Notes: generated by a model not told the origin, from the sequence alone. A stretch of 63,341 nt of DNA, filler included, from Asterionella formosa (GCA_002256025.1; 22 parts of 22 records of this genome joined end to end with filler, not necessarily neighbours in it); one strand, 5' to 3'; counted from the whole stretch's first letter, positions 51,121-63,341 are shown. A program made the numbers and translations.

Positions 51121-51270
51121 CTCCAAAATTAGTCTTTTCTGGCCGACGTGAAAAACCGCATATCCTTCGATCTGGATTTAAAGTACCGTACAAGTTTTCC
51201 TGCTGGTAATAGTTAGGATCATTTTTGAAATACCGGTAGTGGTGTTGCTAACTATTATATATTTATATTT

Positions 51271-51833
51271 AGGGCTGTTCTTATAATTTTTTTCGTGTAG
51301 TATAACGGAATTAGAATTTATTTGAAAATTTATCAGCAACGGTAACTCGATTTGAACTGAATTTCATTCATTCCAAAAGTGTCACTGTATCACTAATTTG
51401 TGATCACATTGTATCATGGAGTAACATTGATCTTCAACGGCAACTGGCTAGCGACGATCATGTGTATACCCCTCCAGAATATAATGATGGTCTTGATATC
51501 AAGCAGCAACATAAAATATAATTACCGGGAAACTATATATTGTATTAGTAACACACCATTGCATGAATCATGCCGTTGCCATTTGATTTACTTGATGATA
51601 ATGATGATGACAGTAGTGATCTTGATTTCTTCTTCCTCTGTCATTTAGCGAAGGAAGCAGAGGAAAAAGAACACTCATCCAAACGACACAGGCGACGCTG
51701 TAAACGGCAGCTTCAGTCATCCGAACGACGACGACAACGAAGGCATAAGTGGCACCACGAAAGAATCTCCTGGCAATCACATGTCAACAAACTCAATCAC
51801 GAGATTGCTTTCGAGAAGACATACAGAATGTCA
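51271..51833 (+). mobile_element. Left terminus and transposase 5' part of the same Harbinger family
   Basis: AGGGCTGTTCTTAT is the inverted match to ATAAGAACGGCCCT (ending at 61007). WHHERISWQSHVNKLNHEIAFEKTYRMS is homologous to 46690-46770. Confidence 0.8.
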
Positions 51834-52237
51834 NNNNNNNNNNNNNNNNNNNNNNNNNNNNNNNNNNNNNNNNNNNNTTAATTAATTAANNNNNNNNNNN
51901 NNNNNNNNNNNNNNNNNNNNNNNNNNNNNNNNNCATCACCTCTGCAGTTCGAATTTGCCTTGAACCCCCTAATAGTCGCTTTGTGACGCTATTATTAAGA
52001 AAAGAAGCGACATTACTGTTCTTCGGAAACAAAGGAGCAGGAGAACCATGGTCAGAAAAGGAGAATAGGTTGTAGCGGACGCTCTTGACTTGACAGTTGG
52101 CTCTATAGAAGTCCACCACTGTGCCACTTGGAATGGTGATTCTATTGGGATCATAGGACATTGAAGGGTACTAGCACTTGTTCATGTATGTCATCAATGT
52201 TCGCGTAGTCAATAGCATGTCGCTTCCAATGTTGAAT

Positions 52238-52424
52238 TTTACTAGGTTTTCCCACACGTAAAATTCCAAGAACTGAAAAGGAAGTTTAACTTTGTCTATA
52301 GCCTTGTACCAACATTTGTCTGTAGGACGAGAAAATATTCTCAATCTTTTTCTAAAATCAAGGTGCGGAATAACCTAAAATGAACCTCAGGGGCAGTTAA
52401 TTTGTTAACCTAAAATTCCCCATC
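52238..52424. repeat. Reverse-complement copy of the 6547-6730 repeat
   Basis: Direct sequence match. Confidence 0.85.
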
Positions 52425-53014
52425 TGCCTACTACTACCGGTACTCTAACTAAATTCAATCCCACTTTCAGTCCCATAAGTCATTTCACGACTTGATTCAT
52501 TAGACTCCCAGCGTCACCTGGAGTCTTTATAACCTCCAACATACTCCCCCCCCCCTATTTTCATTATAACTTCAATTTTACTCTTATTTAGCAAAGACTG
52601 TTCCTTCATCGTTCACCTCCTTTTCGCCAAGAACAAGACACCCCCAGGCTTTTTGTACTCTTTTCAACTACTAACAATGGCTGCGATTGCCCTTTTTACG
52701 AAAGATGGAGAAATAATGATGCACCCACCATCATTGACTCCAACATATACTGGAGTAGAAAGCTCCGTGATTTGACTGATCTTGTTGCTTTGGAAACTTT
52801 GGAGACTAACACCAGCAAATTGCCTAGATTTACGCTAGTACTAACAGCAGATTGGGCGACACTTACATATGACAAACGAGATAAGAGAGTTGCTACAGCC
52901 ATAGTACAAGAAAATAATGCTGGGGGTAGGTACTAGGTACTATATGGCTGATGGGTGCATGATGATCAAAGAACATGTACCAGTAGTGTAGATCCTGTTG
53001 GCCTCGCACAAACT

Positions 53015-53840
53015 CCATTGTCCGTTTTGATCACGTGTTCCGCCGTTGTTTGTCATTACGCATAAAACCAATGTATTTATTGATGACTACTCTTTGAAGA
53101 TGTATTGTTGTTGATCATATTTGTTGATTTGTATAGTCGTTGGTGACCATGATGTCAATATTGCCACAAAGCAATGCTTTTTTTAAATAATGCGCCTTTG
53201 CTACATTTCTACTACGAGTTTGTATCACAAGCTACGTTAAAATATTCAGCTAGAGGGAGTCTGTCAATAGCGCTGGAGCTTCCTGGCAATCTCGATCAAT
53301 CAGAACAGGCTGTTTGATGGGAGGAACGACTGTGGGCGGAAGGACTGCAAGCAACTTGCTGGGTCAGGCCTACAGCGATGTTCATTGTTGTAGCAACCAG
53401 ATCATCTACGCTACATCACGATGCAGATTTCAATTGGGCTGAGCCTTTTTCTTTCCACCTGTTTCATTTTGCTCATCGATGGTGTGATGGAATTTTGCCT
53501 GTGTAAGTGCTACAATGCATACGTCTCGACTGAAACTCCTATTTTTTACTGTATTTCTAACCCAAGACTATATTTTCTATTTTTCATTTGACACTACTTA
53601 TTACATCTTTGTCATACTTTGGTTGCTCAAAACATTCTTATGTGTGTGTTTCTTGTGTTACTATTTCTATATATATTACCGTTATTCTGGCTGCCATGCG
53701 AAAATCGGCAATTTTAATGCCGAAAAATTCAATGTGCCCCATATCGCCCCTAAATAAAAATTACTTAAGAAATTACTTATAGCCTAAAAAATACTTAAAA
53801 AAACCCGAATGGCAAAACGATAGCTGGAACTGGAATTGCT
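53015..53840. mobile_element. Family C element end, third copy
   Basis: Homologous to 1660-2492; ends GATAGCTGGAACTGGAATTGCT. Confidence 0.8.
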
Positions 53841-54508
53841 GTAGGAGTAGGAGTCTAAAGCATCGAACTCTTTTATTTCCAGCATACGGGTAGTATGATA
53901 TTACATTTTAAACACATTACCGGTAGACTAGTTGGAATTAGGATGGTGTCTAATATAGTAGTAATCGTTTCTCCGGATGAAGAATTGGACTGGTGGTACC
54001 AGGTGCTAGGTAGTGTTGAGTTCACGGTTTCAGTGCAAAATGAAACTTAAGCACCGGTACCGGTATTCTGCTACGAAATAATCATGTCCTCCGCACATTG
54101 CAAAATGCCCCCATCACCACAGCAGTGACCTTTCTGGCAAACTTGTATGCAGTAGGCCAGTTTTCCACAAGCTGTGAAGAAACGGCAATGGTACTTTGAT
54201 GATATCGGGACACTATTCATATGACCTTTTTATTGCAATACGCGCAGCAGGCGGGCTTCAGCAAAAAAGACGCGTGAACCACAAGGTTCTCCTCGTCGGT
54301 ACCTATTTCAAAAAAACTCAATGAAGTGTGCTTTACGTACATTCCAATGGATGCAATCGCATGATTTGTAATATATACCGGTAGTCTATATTTGAATTGG
54401 TTACACTAAAAAACGTTTGTACAGACGAGCAACAGCATAGTGTTGTCACGTCATTCGAGTGTTTGCACGAATCGACTTGAATCGAGAGTAACAATTGTTC
54501 CCTCCAAA

Positions 54509-54711
54509 TCATGGTTGTTGTACCATTGCCAACTCCTTGGCCAAGAGGATACGAGAGTGTCGTACAATCTTTTCCTCTGCTTCGGCAACATCAATAAAGT
54601 GCCCCCATGTATCGGATGGATCGTCGACTGTTTGTGAAAGGTACATCGACTTTCGTTTCGAAGGTGTATGGTCGGATTTTTCACTGTTTGAGAGTAAATC
54701 CAATTGGCGAC
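54509..54711 (-). CDS. 3' end of a small hypothetical protein with a DTWGHFIDV motif
   Basis: Frame is open from the contig edge: ...DDPSDTWGHFIDVAEAEEKIVRHSRIL. Confidence 0.55.
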
Positions 54712-56055
54712 NNNNNNNNNNNNNNNNNNNNNNNNNNNNNNNNNNNNNNNNNNNNTTAATTAATTAANNNNNNNNNNNNNNNNNNNNNNNNNNNNNNNNN
54801 NNNNNNNNNNNTTTGGAATTGTTCTTGATGACTTGTGGTTGAATACATTTATTCCAGCCATATCAGCTGCTTTCCGTATCTGTATAGTTTGCAGCTTTAG
54901 TGTTCCATGTGTCAACATAATCCTTGATAGGTGTATCAAAATATAAAAACCCATTATGTAAATGTTCTGTGGCATTATAGGAATCAATGACATGCAGAAA
55001 AACACTCCTGATATACTATCCAACACATAGGAGAACAAGCAAGGAATCTGCTGGACTGAAGATATACATGTGTTAGCCAGCCATATCACAGGATTTACTG
55101 AAATCAATCAACAAGCTTCCCCTCAGTGTCAATTGATCATATTTTGGTGGTTGAATGACTCCAAACATTGACCTGCTGGCTTGTAAGGATACACAAAGAG
55201 GTCTGAGTCTTGATGTTTAGTATGCTGTTATCCTTCATCAATGGGACCCCTGGGACTTGAGAGTAGCTAAGACATCAACATGATTAATTCAAATTGGACT
55301 ATTTTTGAATTCAAAGTGAAGTATCTAACTAGAAGTAGCAGTATTTGTTGAATATATGAGCTTATTACTTAATCCTTGCTTGTGTGCAACTCATTCCATA
55401 ACAAGTTGACACCAAAGTATACAATAAGGGTTAGTGGAGTTCTCTCATTATTGAGTTCTGATATTTATGATATAACACTAACCCTATATACATCTGTATT
55501 GATGCGCGAGATCGCTCACCTGGTACCAGGTACCAGGTACAGATGAGATGCCGGTATACCGAAATGTAAATCTCACAGGTGTCTGTTTCGCAAACAGATA
55601 AATGGCGGAAAATTGATGATAATTCGGAAGCGATGAAATAGATAACGTGCTGTGGCAAACTCTGTCATATGATGGGTTGTTAATAAAGGATTCCAAGGAG
55701 AATGATCCCCCAATTGACTCCCTTACTACCGAGGATGAATTGGAAAATGGCAGATCGATTGACATGTCATCATAGGATCACTCTGGCGGTTCAACTTGAT
55801 TTCACGCGGTTTATCCAGAGTACCATTGTTTTGTGCAAGTGATGTTGCTAACGTTTACATAGGCTACATAGTTCACCTTCACAACGCCACAGGAAGCAGC
55901 AAACCATAAACCATGATTTTATCTGTTAAATGTTTAGATTTCAGTAACGCGACCTGCAAAACCTGCAACCTGGCTGTGCTGGTCCTTTGTAGTTCTAAGT
56001 CAGCAATATATTTCTTAGGTAGCTATAGCCAGGAGTCACACACGAACAGTCAGAT

Positions 56056-57111
56056 TTAGGGATTACTGACACGAGTAAGCATTTTAGTACGATCAGTTGC
56101 TGGAATGGGAATAAAACCAGCAGTAGTCACGTCGGCAGTACCCTTGGTAGACATGCCGTACTGAATGTATGCCTTGGTTCTGGTGAGAGTAGTGGTTTTG
56201 ACATTCATAAAGATACGGCGGGAAAGAGGGTTGTAAGTGCCGTTCTGGATGGTCGTAGAGGTTGGAAGGACGAAGCTGCCAGCGCTATTCTTGATGGCAG
56301 CAGCATTGACAACGCTTCTGTTCTTGTTGTATTGTAAACCATATCCAACAAAGGCAACAGACGATGCAGTACTCTTGATGTAGGTAATAACGTTTGCTTC
56401 GACGGCAAAGGCTTTGTAACGGGAACTGGCGATTCCCTCACCATTTTTGCTGTCCGTCAAAATTGCATCAATGAAGTTCGTGTAGGAAGCAAGGGTGCTG
56501 TCCGTACCAGAAAGCTTGATCTCGGTTTTAGGGCATTTGGTACTGAGCTCACTCCAGAGGTGGGTGGAATCGTTTCCATCACTGTTTGGAAGGGAAGCGG
56601 CGTTCCAGCCGGTAGCCTTGAGCTTGGAGACGGTGTAGTTGGAGAAAATCCAACGGAGCTGATGGTTGGTCAACCCCCCGAGTGCTTTGATACAGAGGTC
56701 CTCAGCACCATTCAACTTGGTAACCACGGCAAGAGCATCAATAGCAACATCAACCTGAACAACTGAGGGCTGGGTTCCAATTAGGCACGTGTATGTGTAC
56801 CCATTGGTGCCAACTTTAGCCTCGGTAGACTTCCAGCCACGTGCCAAGTTGCCAATATCGACGGCAGATCCTTTGGTTGTGTCACCACACACACGTAATG
56901 CTCCGGTGGAGGATCCACCTCCCTCAACAGTAACCGCGCGGTTACACTGTGCCTTGTACGCCGCGGCCCAGAGGGTAGCAATAGGTTGCACATTGACAGA
57001 ACCAGCAAGGGAGATGGTGCCAGTTGCACCACAGGTGGTGGCCTGAGCAGAAATAAGTGGGACCTCCACCATCATGGCAGAAAGGAGGATGAAAAAGCGA
57101 TTGAAAATCAT
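56056..57111 (-). CDS. Secreted PstS-like (type 2 periplasmic-binding fold) protein, intronless
   Basis: Signal peptide; ISLAGS, VEGGGSSTG, VDIG, VAIDALAVV, LRWIFS and YNPLSRRIFMNV match phosphate-binding-protein motifs. Confidence 0.88.
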   Translation of the reverse strand: MIFNRFFILLSAMMVEVPLISAQATTCGATGTISLAGSVNVQPIATLWAAAYKAQCNRAVTVEGGGSSTGALRVCGDTTKGSAVDIGNLARGWKSTEAKVGTNGYTYTCLIGTQPSVVQVDVAIDALAVVTKLNGAEDLCIKALGGLTNHQLRWIFSNYTVSKLKATGWNAASLPNSDGNDSTHLWSELSTKCPKTEIKLSGTDSTLASYTNFIDAILTDSKNGEGIASSRYKAFAVEANVITYIKSTASSVAFVGYGLQYNKNRSVVNAAAIKNSAGSFVLPTSTTIQNGTYNPLSRRIFMNVKTTTLTRTKAYIQYGMSTKGTADVTTAGFIPIPATDRTKMLTRVSNP

Positions 57112-57688
57112 GCTGGGATGATGGCGGGGCTGGTACTGAGGAAGAGGAAGAGGAATGGGCAGTTATGTCCAGAGGCGGATTTGGAAAATATGAGACGAAA
57201 AGATTCAGAGCCCTATTGAGATGTAGTATTGAGTATTAACAGTATTTAGTCTCTAATGCCCGATGTTAGTAGCTACCTGACCTGGTAACCATGTACTCTC
57301 CTACCTGGTACCAGTACCAGGTAGTTTTTATTACCTGATACTCCATACATGTAAAGGTAGTAGTTACCACTAAGATAGGTGGGTACCGGTACCTGGTGAA
57401 CCTGGTGAACCTGGTACCAGGTACTATCTAACGGTATACCACTTCACCATATAGAATAGAGATTCAATGCTGTGTTGGTGGTAATTTGAAAGAAAGTTCA
57501 TCCGTCTTGATTTAAAAGTGCACGTCTCGACAATGCTGTAGTGGTCGCCGTAAAATATTACAAGGGATCGAAGTTGTTGTACAGCCACNNNNNNNNNNNN
57601 NNNNNNNNNNNNNNNNNNNNNNNNNNNNNNNNTTAATTAATTAANNNNNNNNNNNNNNNNNNNNNNNNNNNNNNNNNNNNNNNNNNNN

Positions 57689-57768
57689 CGAACGATCGAT
57701 TCTTCCTCGTCTTGTTCGTCGTTGTCTTCATCGCTGTCAACAGTGTTGTATAAACTGTTAACTGACAT
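57689..57768 (-). CDS. Probable 5' end of a gene (MSVNSLYNTVDSDEDNDEQDEEESIV...) cut by the contig edge
   Basis: ATG followed by an acidic open frame running to the linker; only 26 codons are visible. Confidence 0.4.
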
Positions 57769-58714
57769 TATTATAGGGGAACTAAATCAATTGCTTCTTT
57801 ACTTTCGCGAGTAGAAGCTATCTGTATCGACCGTCGGAATCTTGTTGTTACTTCGATGTTCTGCGCCTCGCGCTGATGTTGAATGCACTTATTGACTTGA
57901 CGTTGTGTGTTTTGCTTTCGCAGCTATGTATCGGGAATAAAATGTTGTGAACACCATCACGGATCATTGATAGACATCAGCATGACGTCGATTCGCGGTT
58001 GAGGAAATCTCAAACGTCATCACCCGCAACCCAAGCAAAAGGCCCGGTAGTGTACCGGTACGTTTCATGCGCACTTTTTCAGTTTCGACTCACTCCAAAT
58101 TATTCCTCCCATGCCTACGGGAAGGGTTTGACTGGTTTTCCATTCCAAACTCTCTTAAGTAACTTTCTATTCGGTTAAATTATCATCCATTGCAAGATCC
58201 AAATCGTGTTCTCTTCGTCAAAATCGTGTTCACCTACTTCCACTAGTAACAGATGAAGCACTTTCCGTGTGCAACAAACTCGAACATTGCTCTGGTATGT
58301 CAACTACTTGAAACACGTAGAAAAAATGATACTAAGATGAAAATATTATTTTAGCCTCTTCATCTTTTCCTATAGGCAGGATGCATCCCTAAATGCCAAC
58401 CTGGTTGTGGTACCAGAAATTCTAAGCTGCTTTTGACGAAGTTACATGATCAAGGAAATATAAGCGAGTCCACACCCCAATTTCTCGTAATCTCAAATTT
58501 GGGAGCATCTAGGGGATTAGCATACAAATCTACAGTCTAAAGGCCAGAACGTGTTGTAAGAGCCCTGGCATCTTGTTCGATTTTGCACATGGAAAGTGCT
58601 CCATGTGAATAGTATTCAGGAACTGGAAGGCGGTTTGATTATAGAGTTCAAACATTGCTCAGCAACTTCTACTAGTTGTAGTAGTCAGCAAATCATATTA
58701 GTAATCTGCAATTT

Positions 58715-59052
58715 CAAGTCGTTGTCGGCAAATTTCTAGTAATATGTAGACACCAACTGGATCAGTAGTCGTAAACAAAAGAGTCATTTTGAAAATATCA
58801 ATGGACTATTATTTAATATTTTTAAATAGAGAATCAAACAAAATTTGGTTCTCAAATCGCTCAGTGATGCCACTTCTAGTCGAAGTCAGCAAATTCTAAT
58901 TGTTGCCAGCAAGTTGTAGTTGTTGTCAGCAAATTTCTAATCATATGTAGTCACCAACTGGATCAGTACTTGTAAACAAATGAATCATTTTGAAAACATC
59001 AATAGACTATTATTTGATATTGTCAAATAGCGAATCAAACAAAATTTGGTTT
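58715..59052. repeat. Diverged direct duplication, period about 200 bp
   Basis: GCAAATTTCTA...CACCAACTGGATCAGTA...GAATCAAACAAAATTTGGTT occurs at about 58728-58850 and 58929-59051. Confidence 0.8.
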
Positions 59053-60699
59053 GACCTACAAATTATCATAGTGTAGCGTGTTGCATGCTGAGAAAGTGTT
59101 AAATCTTGTCAGAACTTCGTCATTTTAATTGTGCATTATCCAAACTACATAAAGAAATTCGCCTTCGGCGGCTTTAATTTTCGTTGTCATTATTAGTGAT
59201 ATCACAATGATTCTTCTACGATTGAATTGTATATATCATGCATAATTTATGTGCCAAATAGCATAACATCGTTCTCATTTTCCGTGGAGATATTCGTTAT
59301 TTTTGTCATGGCTGGTAGATGGCATGATGCAGGATTCTCCAGCCGCTCACAACAACTGGTGCACTGTAGCTTAAATCGCAACATCTAAGGTAAATTAAAA
59401 TATACTAGCTTCTACAAGGCAGGGCTAACTGAGCATACCGGTATATCCTAGTAGTACTATGTAGCCATTCTTGATATGAATGATATTTGCAAATATTCCA
59501 GCCAGGACTTGGTACAGTTTTGCATCAGGCATGATAATGACTCTGACTAGTATTTTTATAGATGTAATGTTATGTATGTTCAAATCAGTATTAGCATGGC
59601 TATTAGGGGTATGTAATACATAGTAGTTGTGTATTTTCATGTATATACTGGTATGGTAGTACTTCATTTGCATTGGGGTCATTCCGAAAATCTATACATA
59701 TTCACCCACAAGTTCTACCGGTAGTTGTTGTGAGCAGATTCTATTCATAGTGAGTTAATTCTAGTCGTTGTCAGCAGGTTCTAAATGTAGAATGATTCCT
59801 AGTCTATTTGTATTCCGAAGCAAGAAGACGGCTTGCTGAACCAGTTGATCAGGCAGTAAATCCGAGTCGTGTTCAGAGTTTAATTTGGTCAATAAGAGTT
59901 ACATTTTTTCATCGAAAGCTGGCCTCTCTCATCTGGCAGGCATGTGATAATCATTGGAAGTAATTTGTAACAGAAAAGGTGCATTACTGGACTTTCATTA
60001 CCCTATGCTTAGCATCCTGGTGCAACTCAACGTTTGCCTCTTTCGAGCTCTTTTAAAGCTTACTCAAAGATTTATTTATTCCTTATCTAGTTTACCACAA
60101 CAAGTAATATTCAAATTAGCAGCGCTTGACTATACATATGCAAAATATATTGTGGATTAAGTGTTTAATATATATTTTTCAAATAATTATACATGTAGCT
60201 AGGTGCACAACAGGAGACCGACATTTGTCATTTTTGGAAGCAAAGGTCGGTACTTTAGTTTGGAATTTTGGTCAATACTGCTATGTATGCATACGTAGGG
60301 TGCCAAGAATCCGGAGATCAATTCACATGCTGATACAGGTAGCAAAATTATTCGTGCCTGTCATCGTCAGGTTGGATGGAAATTGATTCGTAGCCATTCC
60401 TCGCATATCAAGAACCATAACATAAAAAAGAATTTTGTTCTACATGCATACCGGGTTGTCTTGAANNNNNNNNNNNNNNNNNNNNNNNNNNNNNNNNNNN
60501 NNNNNNNNNTTAATTAATTAANNNNNNNNNNNNNNNNNNNNNNNNNNNNNNNNNNNNNNNNNNNNCGGTAAAGCTATGACTACTAATATGACTAAAACAA
60601 TACTTTCTTGTGAAATTAGGGCTTGAAAAGTGGTGTGAGGCTAGAATTTGAATTTCAGACACCATTAGATCAATCAATTACACCAATGGTGTTTTCATG

Positions 60700-61007
60700 T
60701 TGTGCTGTGATGCTGATGTTGATTTTCACATCAACAGAATAAATTATAAATTTGGTGCTGGCATGTTTACAGTTATTATGACAATGGACGTTATACACAG
60801 TTATCAATGGCCATATCACTGTACCTGGTAACAGCATTGGTCAGTGAAGGGTCCAAATGCTGTATCAGTGATACTCCAATGATACACGGGTGATCAACCA
60901 AAAAATCCGTTGGTGATACACACAAAAAACGCACGCCGCTATTTTTGTATCATATTGTGAAGATAATAACCAATGACGACCAATGACAGAATGATAAGAA
61001 CGGCCCT
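60700..61007 (+). mobile_element. Right end of a Harbinger-family element
   Basis: ACCAATGACGACCAATGACA...AACGGCCCT is shared with 48802-48839. Inner boundary approximate. Confidence 0.72.
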
Positions 61008-61833
61008 TCACGATATACCGGTATTTAGATCAACTCCGGCCCGGCATCCATGAATACACGTAGAGACCATAAAGAAGCAAATAAACGGGAATGTTAAAAT
61101 TCGACTGTATTGATTAAAAAAATCCTTGACCAAGTGACGTGTTTTGATACTTTCAACTGCAATTGGCTTTGGTATTTGGTCGATGCGGTGTAATATTTAT
61201 AAGTTAGCTGACTAAAATAACGTTTGCTTTCGGAATAATATCATATTTTTCACGTTTTTGCATGTTACTTACTACCGGTACGTACGGAGCACATCAACTT
61301 TTCGTCTGGCCTTAACACTACGCTTTCTACAACCCGGATGTTAATTTGCTCCACTCGATGCCACAAAAAACGCTGATGACCATCGTCACAATTTAGAAAT
61401 CATCAGTTATTTTATGAAATATTTGTTTTGCACCCACAATTCCATACTAATTAATAGTATGCATAGGCACCAAAAAATCATGAACACTGATTGAGCAACA
61501 TTTTGACAATCAATCGGTTTAAAGGTAAAAGACAATTTCGACTGCCAAGGATGTACCAATAATCAAACAATTTTCAAGTTTAATTGCAGCCAAATGATTA
61601 CAACACTAGTTTAGATGACGAGTCTGACGGTGGTATCGCACCATTCATTCATAGCGGTCCACCATAACGTGGCGATTATTGAGGCATTTGTATGATGGCA
61701 GCAGTTTATGTTGATCACTTTTAAACGTGTCTTGCATTCAATTTAGTTATTGCTCACGTCACCTTGTTTTCTTTTTATCTACTTCTCTACTCAGCCAACT
61801 CATGGATGTTACTTTTGCCGACTATACTACTAT

Positions 61834-63155
61834 CTAACAGGGCAAGCAATTCATGCTCCCTTTTCGGCAGTTGAATTCATCATCGTCGTCAGTCCACATG
61901 CTTATTTTGGCCCAAAGTTCTTCCATTGTGTCGTGTAACGTTGGATCCAAGTGTTTGAGTTGCCCCTTGGTAAATGGATAAAACTTGTTGCAATGGGGCT
62001 CCTGTGTTGATGATTGCATCGCTGACTTTCTCCAAAACCAGCAATTGTTCATTGAGAACGGCACTGTTTTTTTGGAATGTTGGTAAACGGGGTAGGATGT
62101 TTTGGCCCTAGCTCGAACCCGCTCCACCACGTCAGTCGCCAACAACGGCGGCGTACAGTGATCAAGTTGACTCTTACAAGACTCGTTCAATTCATGGTAA
62201 CCATCCGCAAGAAACGAAACAGACATCTCGGCAAAGAATTCCTTGTAATTGACCATGGCATATGCCATGTCAGTTTCGACGTCATTTCCTGCCCAGTCCC
62301 GTCTAGGAGAGGGAATTAGATTCCAACGACTTTAGACGAGTGCTACACTTACAATGGCTCACCTTGGGGTTGAATTGTACAATCCACTCTCCTTCGCCTT
62401 CACATACGCATCTTTCACTAATTGACATTCCAGCCCCAAGCAGAATTGATGGATGAGGTGGCAGAACTCATGCAATATCAAACCACATCCATTCCAGTGG
62501 AGTCGCATAGCTCGATAATCAAATACATTATAAATTTCAATTCCTTCGGCCTTATCAGGTCGGTCTAGGGCCCTGCTTGAAGTTGTTAGGAAAATATGGG
62601 AGCAAATAATATCCTTTTCCCTCGACCACAAAATATGGGCGTCCATAAGTGACAGCTTCCAGATTGATAACTACGACACACTCACCACAACAACCAACCC
62701 TCATGATGGTGGGCTGTCGAATGATTGACATTACGAGGGCTGGCCTTTGGGCCATAATAGTAGGTTGTGTTGAGCCACAAATTCGTCCGTTTAACGAGAG
62801 CGTGGGTTGACATAGGAAGAATAGCCAAACAAGCTTGAATGTCGCTATTCAAATCCTGCAATACCAGAGGACACCTAACCAGTACATCTGGTCGACAAAA
62901 TGCTGTTACGCCACATTGCAAATGAAAGTGAAGGTACCTTAGATTGGTATTGTCAATCATGGGGTGTTCCACGGATGTGACTTTGTTGTGATGATAATGA
63001 TAATTGAAACCTGGTCTCTTCATAGTCGCTAATTCAAAGAGTTCATTTTGATCAACTTGGGTCAAAACTTCGGCATTGTGAGAAAGAAGTGGGGATTGCA
63101 AATCTTGTATTCGTGCCACGGCATCATTTCGGGACGACGACGAAGACGGATCCAT
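61834..63155 (-). CDS. Zincin-like metallopeptidase-domain protein; exons 63155-62686, 62572-62363, 62302-61834
   Basis: LILHEFCHLIH (HExxH) and a downstream YAMVNYKEFFAEMS third-ligand motif. GT-AG introns at 62573-62685 and 62303-62362 restore one frame. Confidence 0.88.
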
Positions 63156-63341
63156 GTCTCTTCTTTTGTGTTCCCTCGATTAAGTTGGTTTACCGGTTTG
63201 CTCCTCTGGCTGTTTTCGGGGAACTTCTGGTAGACTATTAAGCCTCAAAGAAGCGATGTTTAATGATATTAAATTGTTGGTGCAAACAAAAGCTTCAGTT
63301 CAACTTCCTTCGTGAGTGTTACAACTGACAAACACGTAGTA

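Noticed and set aside
51934..52235. Minus-strand fragment ending SRQIRTAEVM as a possible tyrosine recombinase
   Set aside because: Too short, has an upstream stop, and shows no complete catalytic motif set.
2792..60565. Regularly spaced TTAATTAATTAA every 2.88 kb, resembling a repeat array or a gene cluster
   Set aside because: It is an artificial linker between size-sorted contigs. Neighbourhoods across linkers (e.g. CA with the silaffin-like gene) are not physical linkage, and ORFs running into X/LIN are artefacts.

Overview
This window is not one locus. It is 22 unrelated contigs of about 2.78-2.79 kb, sorted by decreasing length and joined by 100-nt linkers (N44-TTAATTAATTAA-N44), so adjacency across a linker means nothing. 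The DNA is eukaryotic (short GT-AG introns) and most likely from a diatom; this is inferred from the silaffin-like KxxK proteins, the LRR architecture and the copia gag type. Host genes: a multi-module LRR protein, a secreted alpha-carbonic anhydrase, an ARM-repeat protein with an inserted TAZ zinc finger, a probable pseudokinase, a Pro/Lys/Gly-rich cell-wall-like protein, a PstS-like protein, a zincin (HExxH) protein and several hypotheticals. Mobile DNA: a non-LTR retrotransposon junction, copia fragments, pogo-like, Harbinger and hAT remnants, two MITE families, an unclassified element ending in AGCAATT, and a degenerate multicopy gene family. The best candidate for a new system is the secreted alpha-CA: it carries RxL motifs and a silaffin-like (KGS/KGG)n tail and lies behind nine co-oriented TGACGT (CCRE-like) sites, suggesting a CO2-regulated, frustule-anchored CA. 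Also notable are the in-frame TAZ capture, the head-to-tail LINE junction and a pervasive GGTACC-based palindrome family upstream of genes. All family assignments come from motif recognition by eye; no searches were run.
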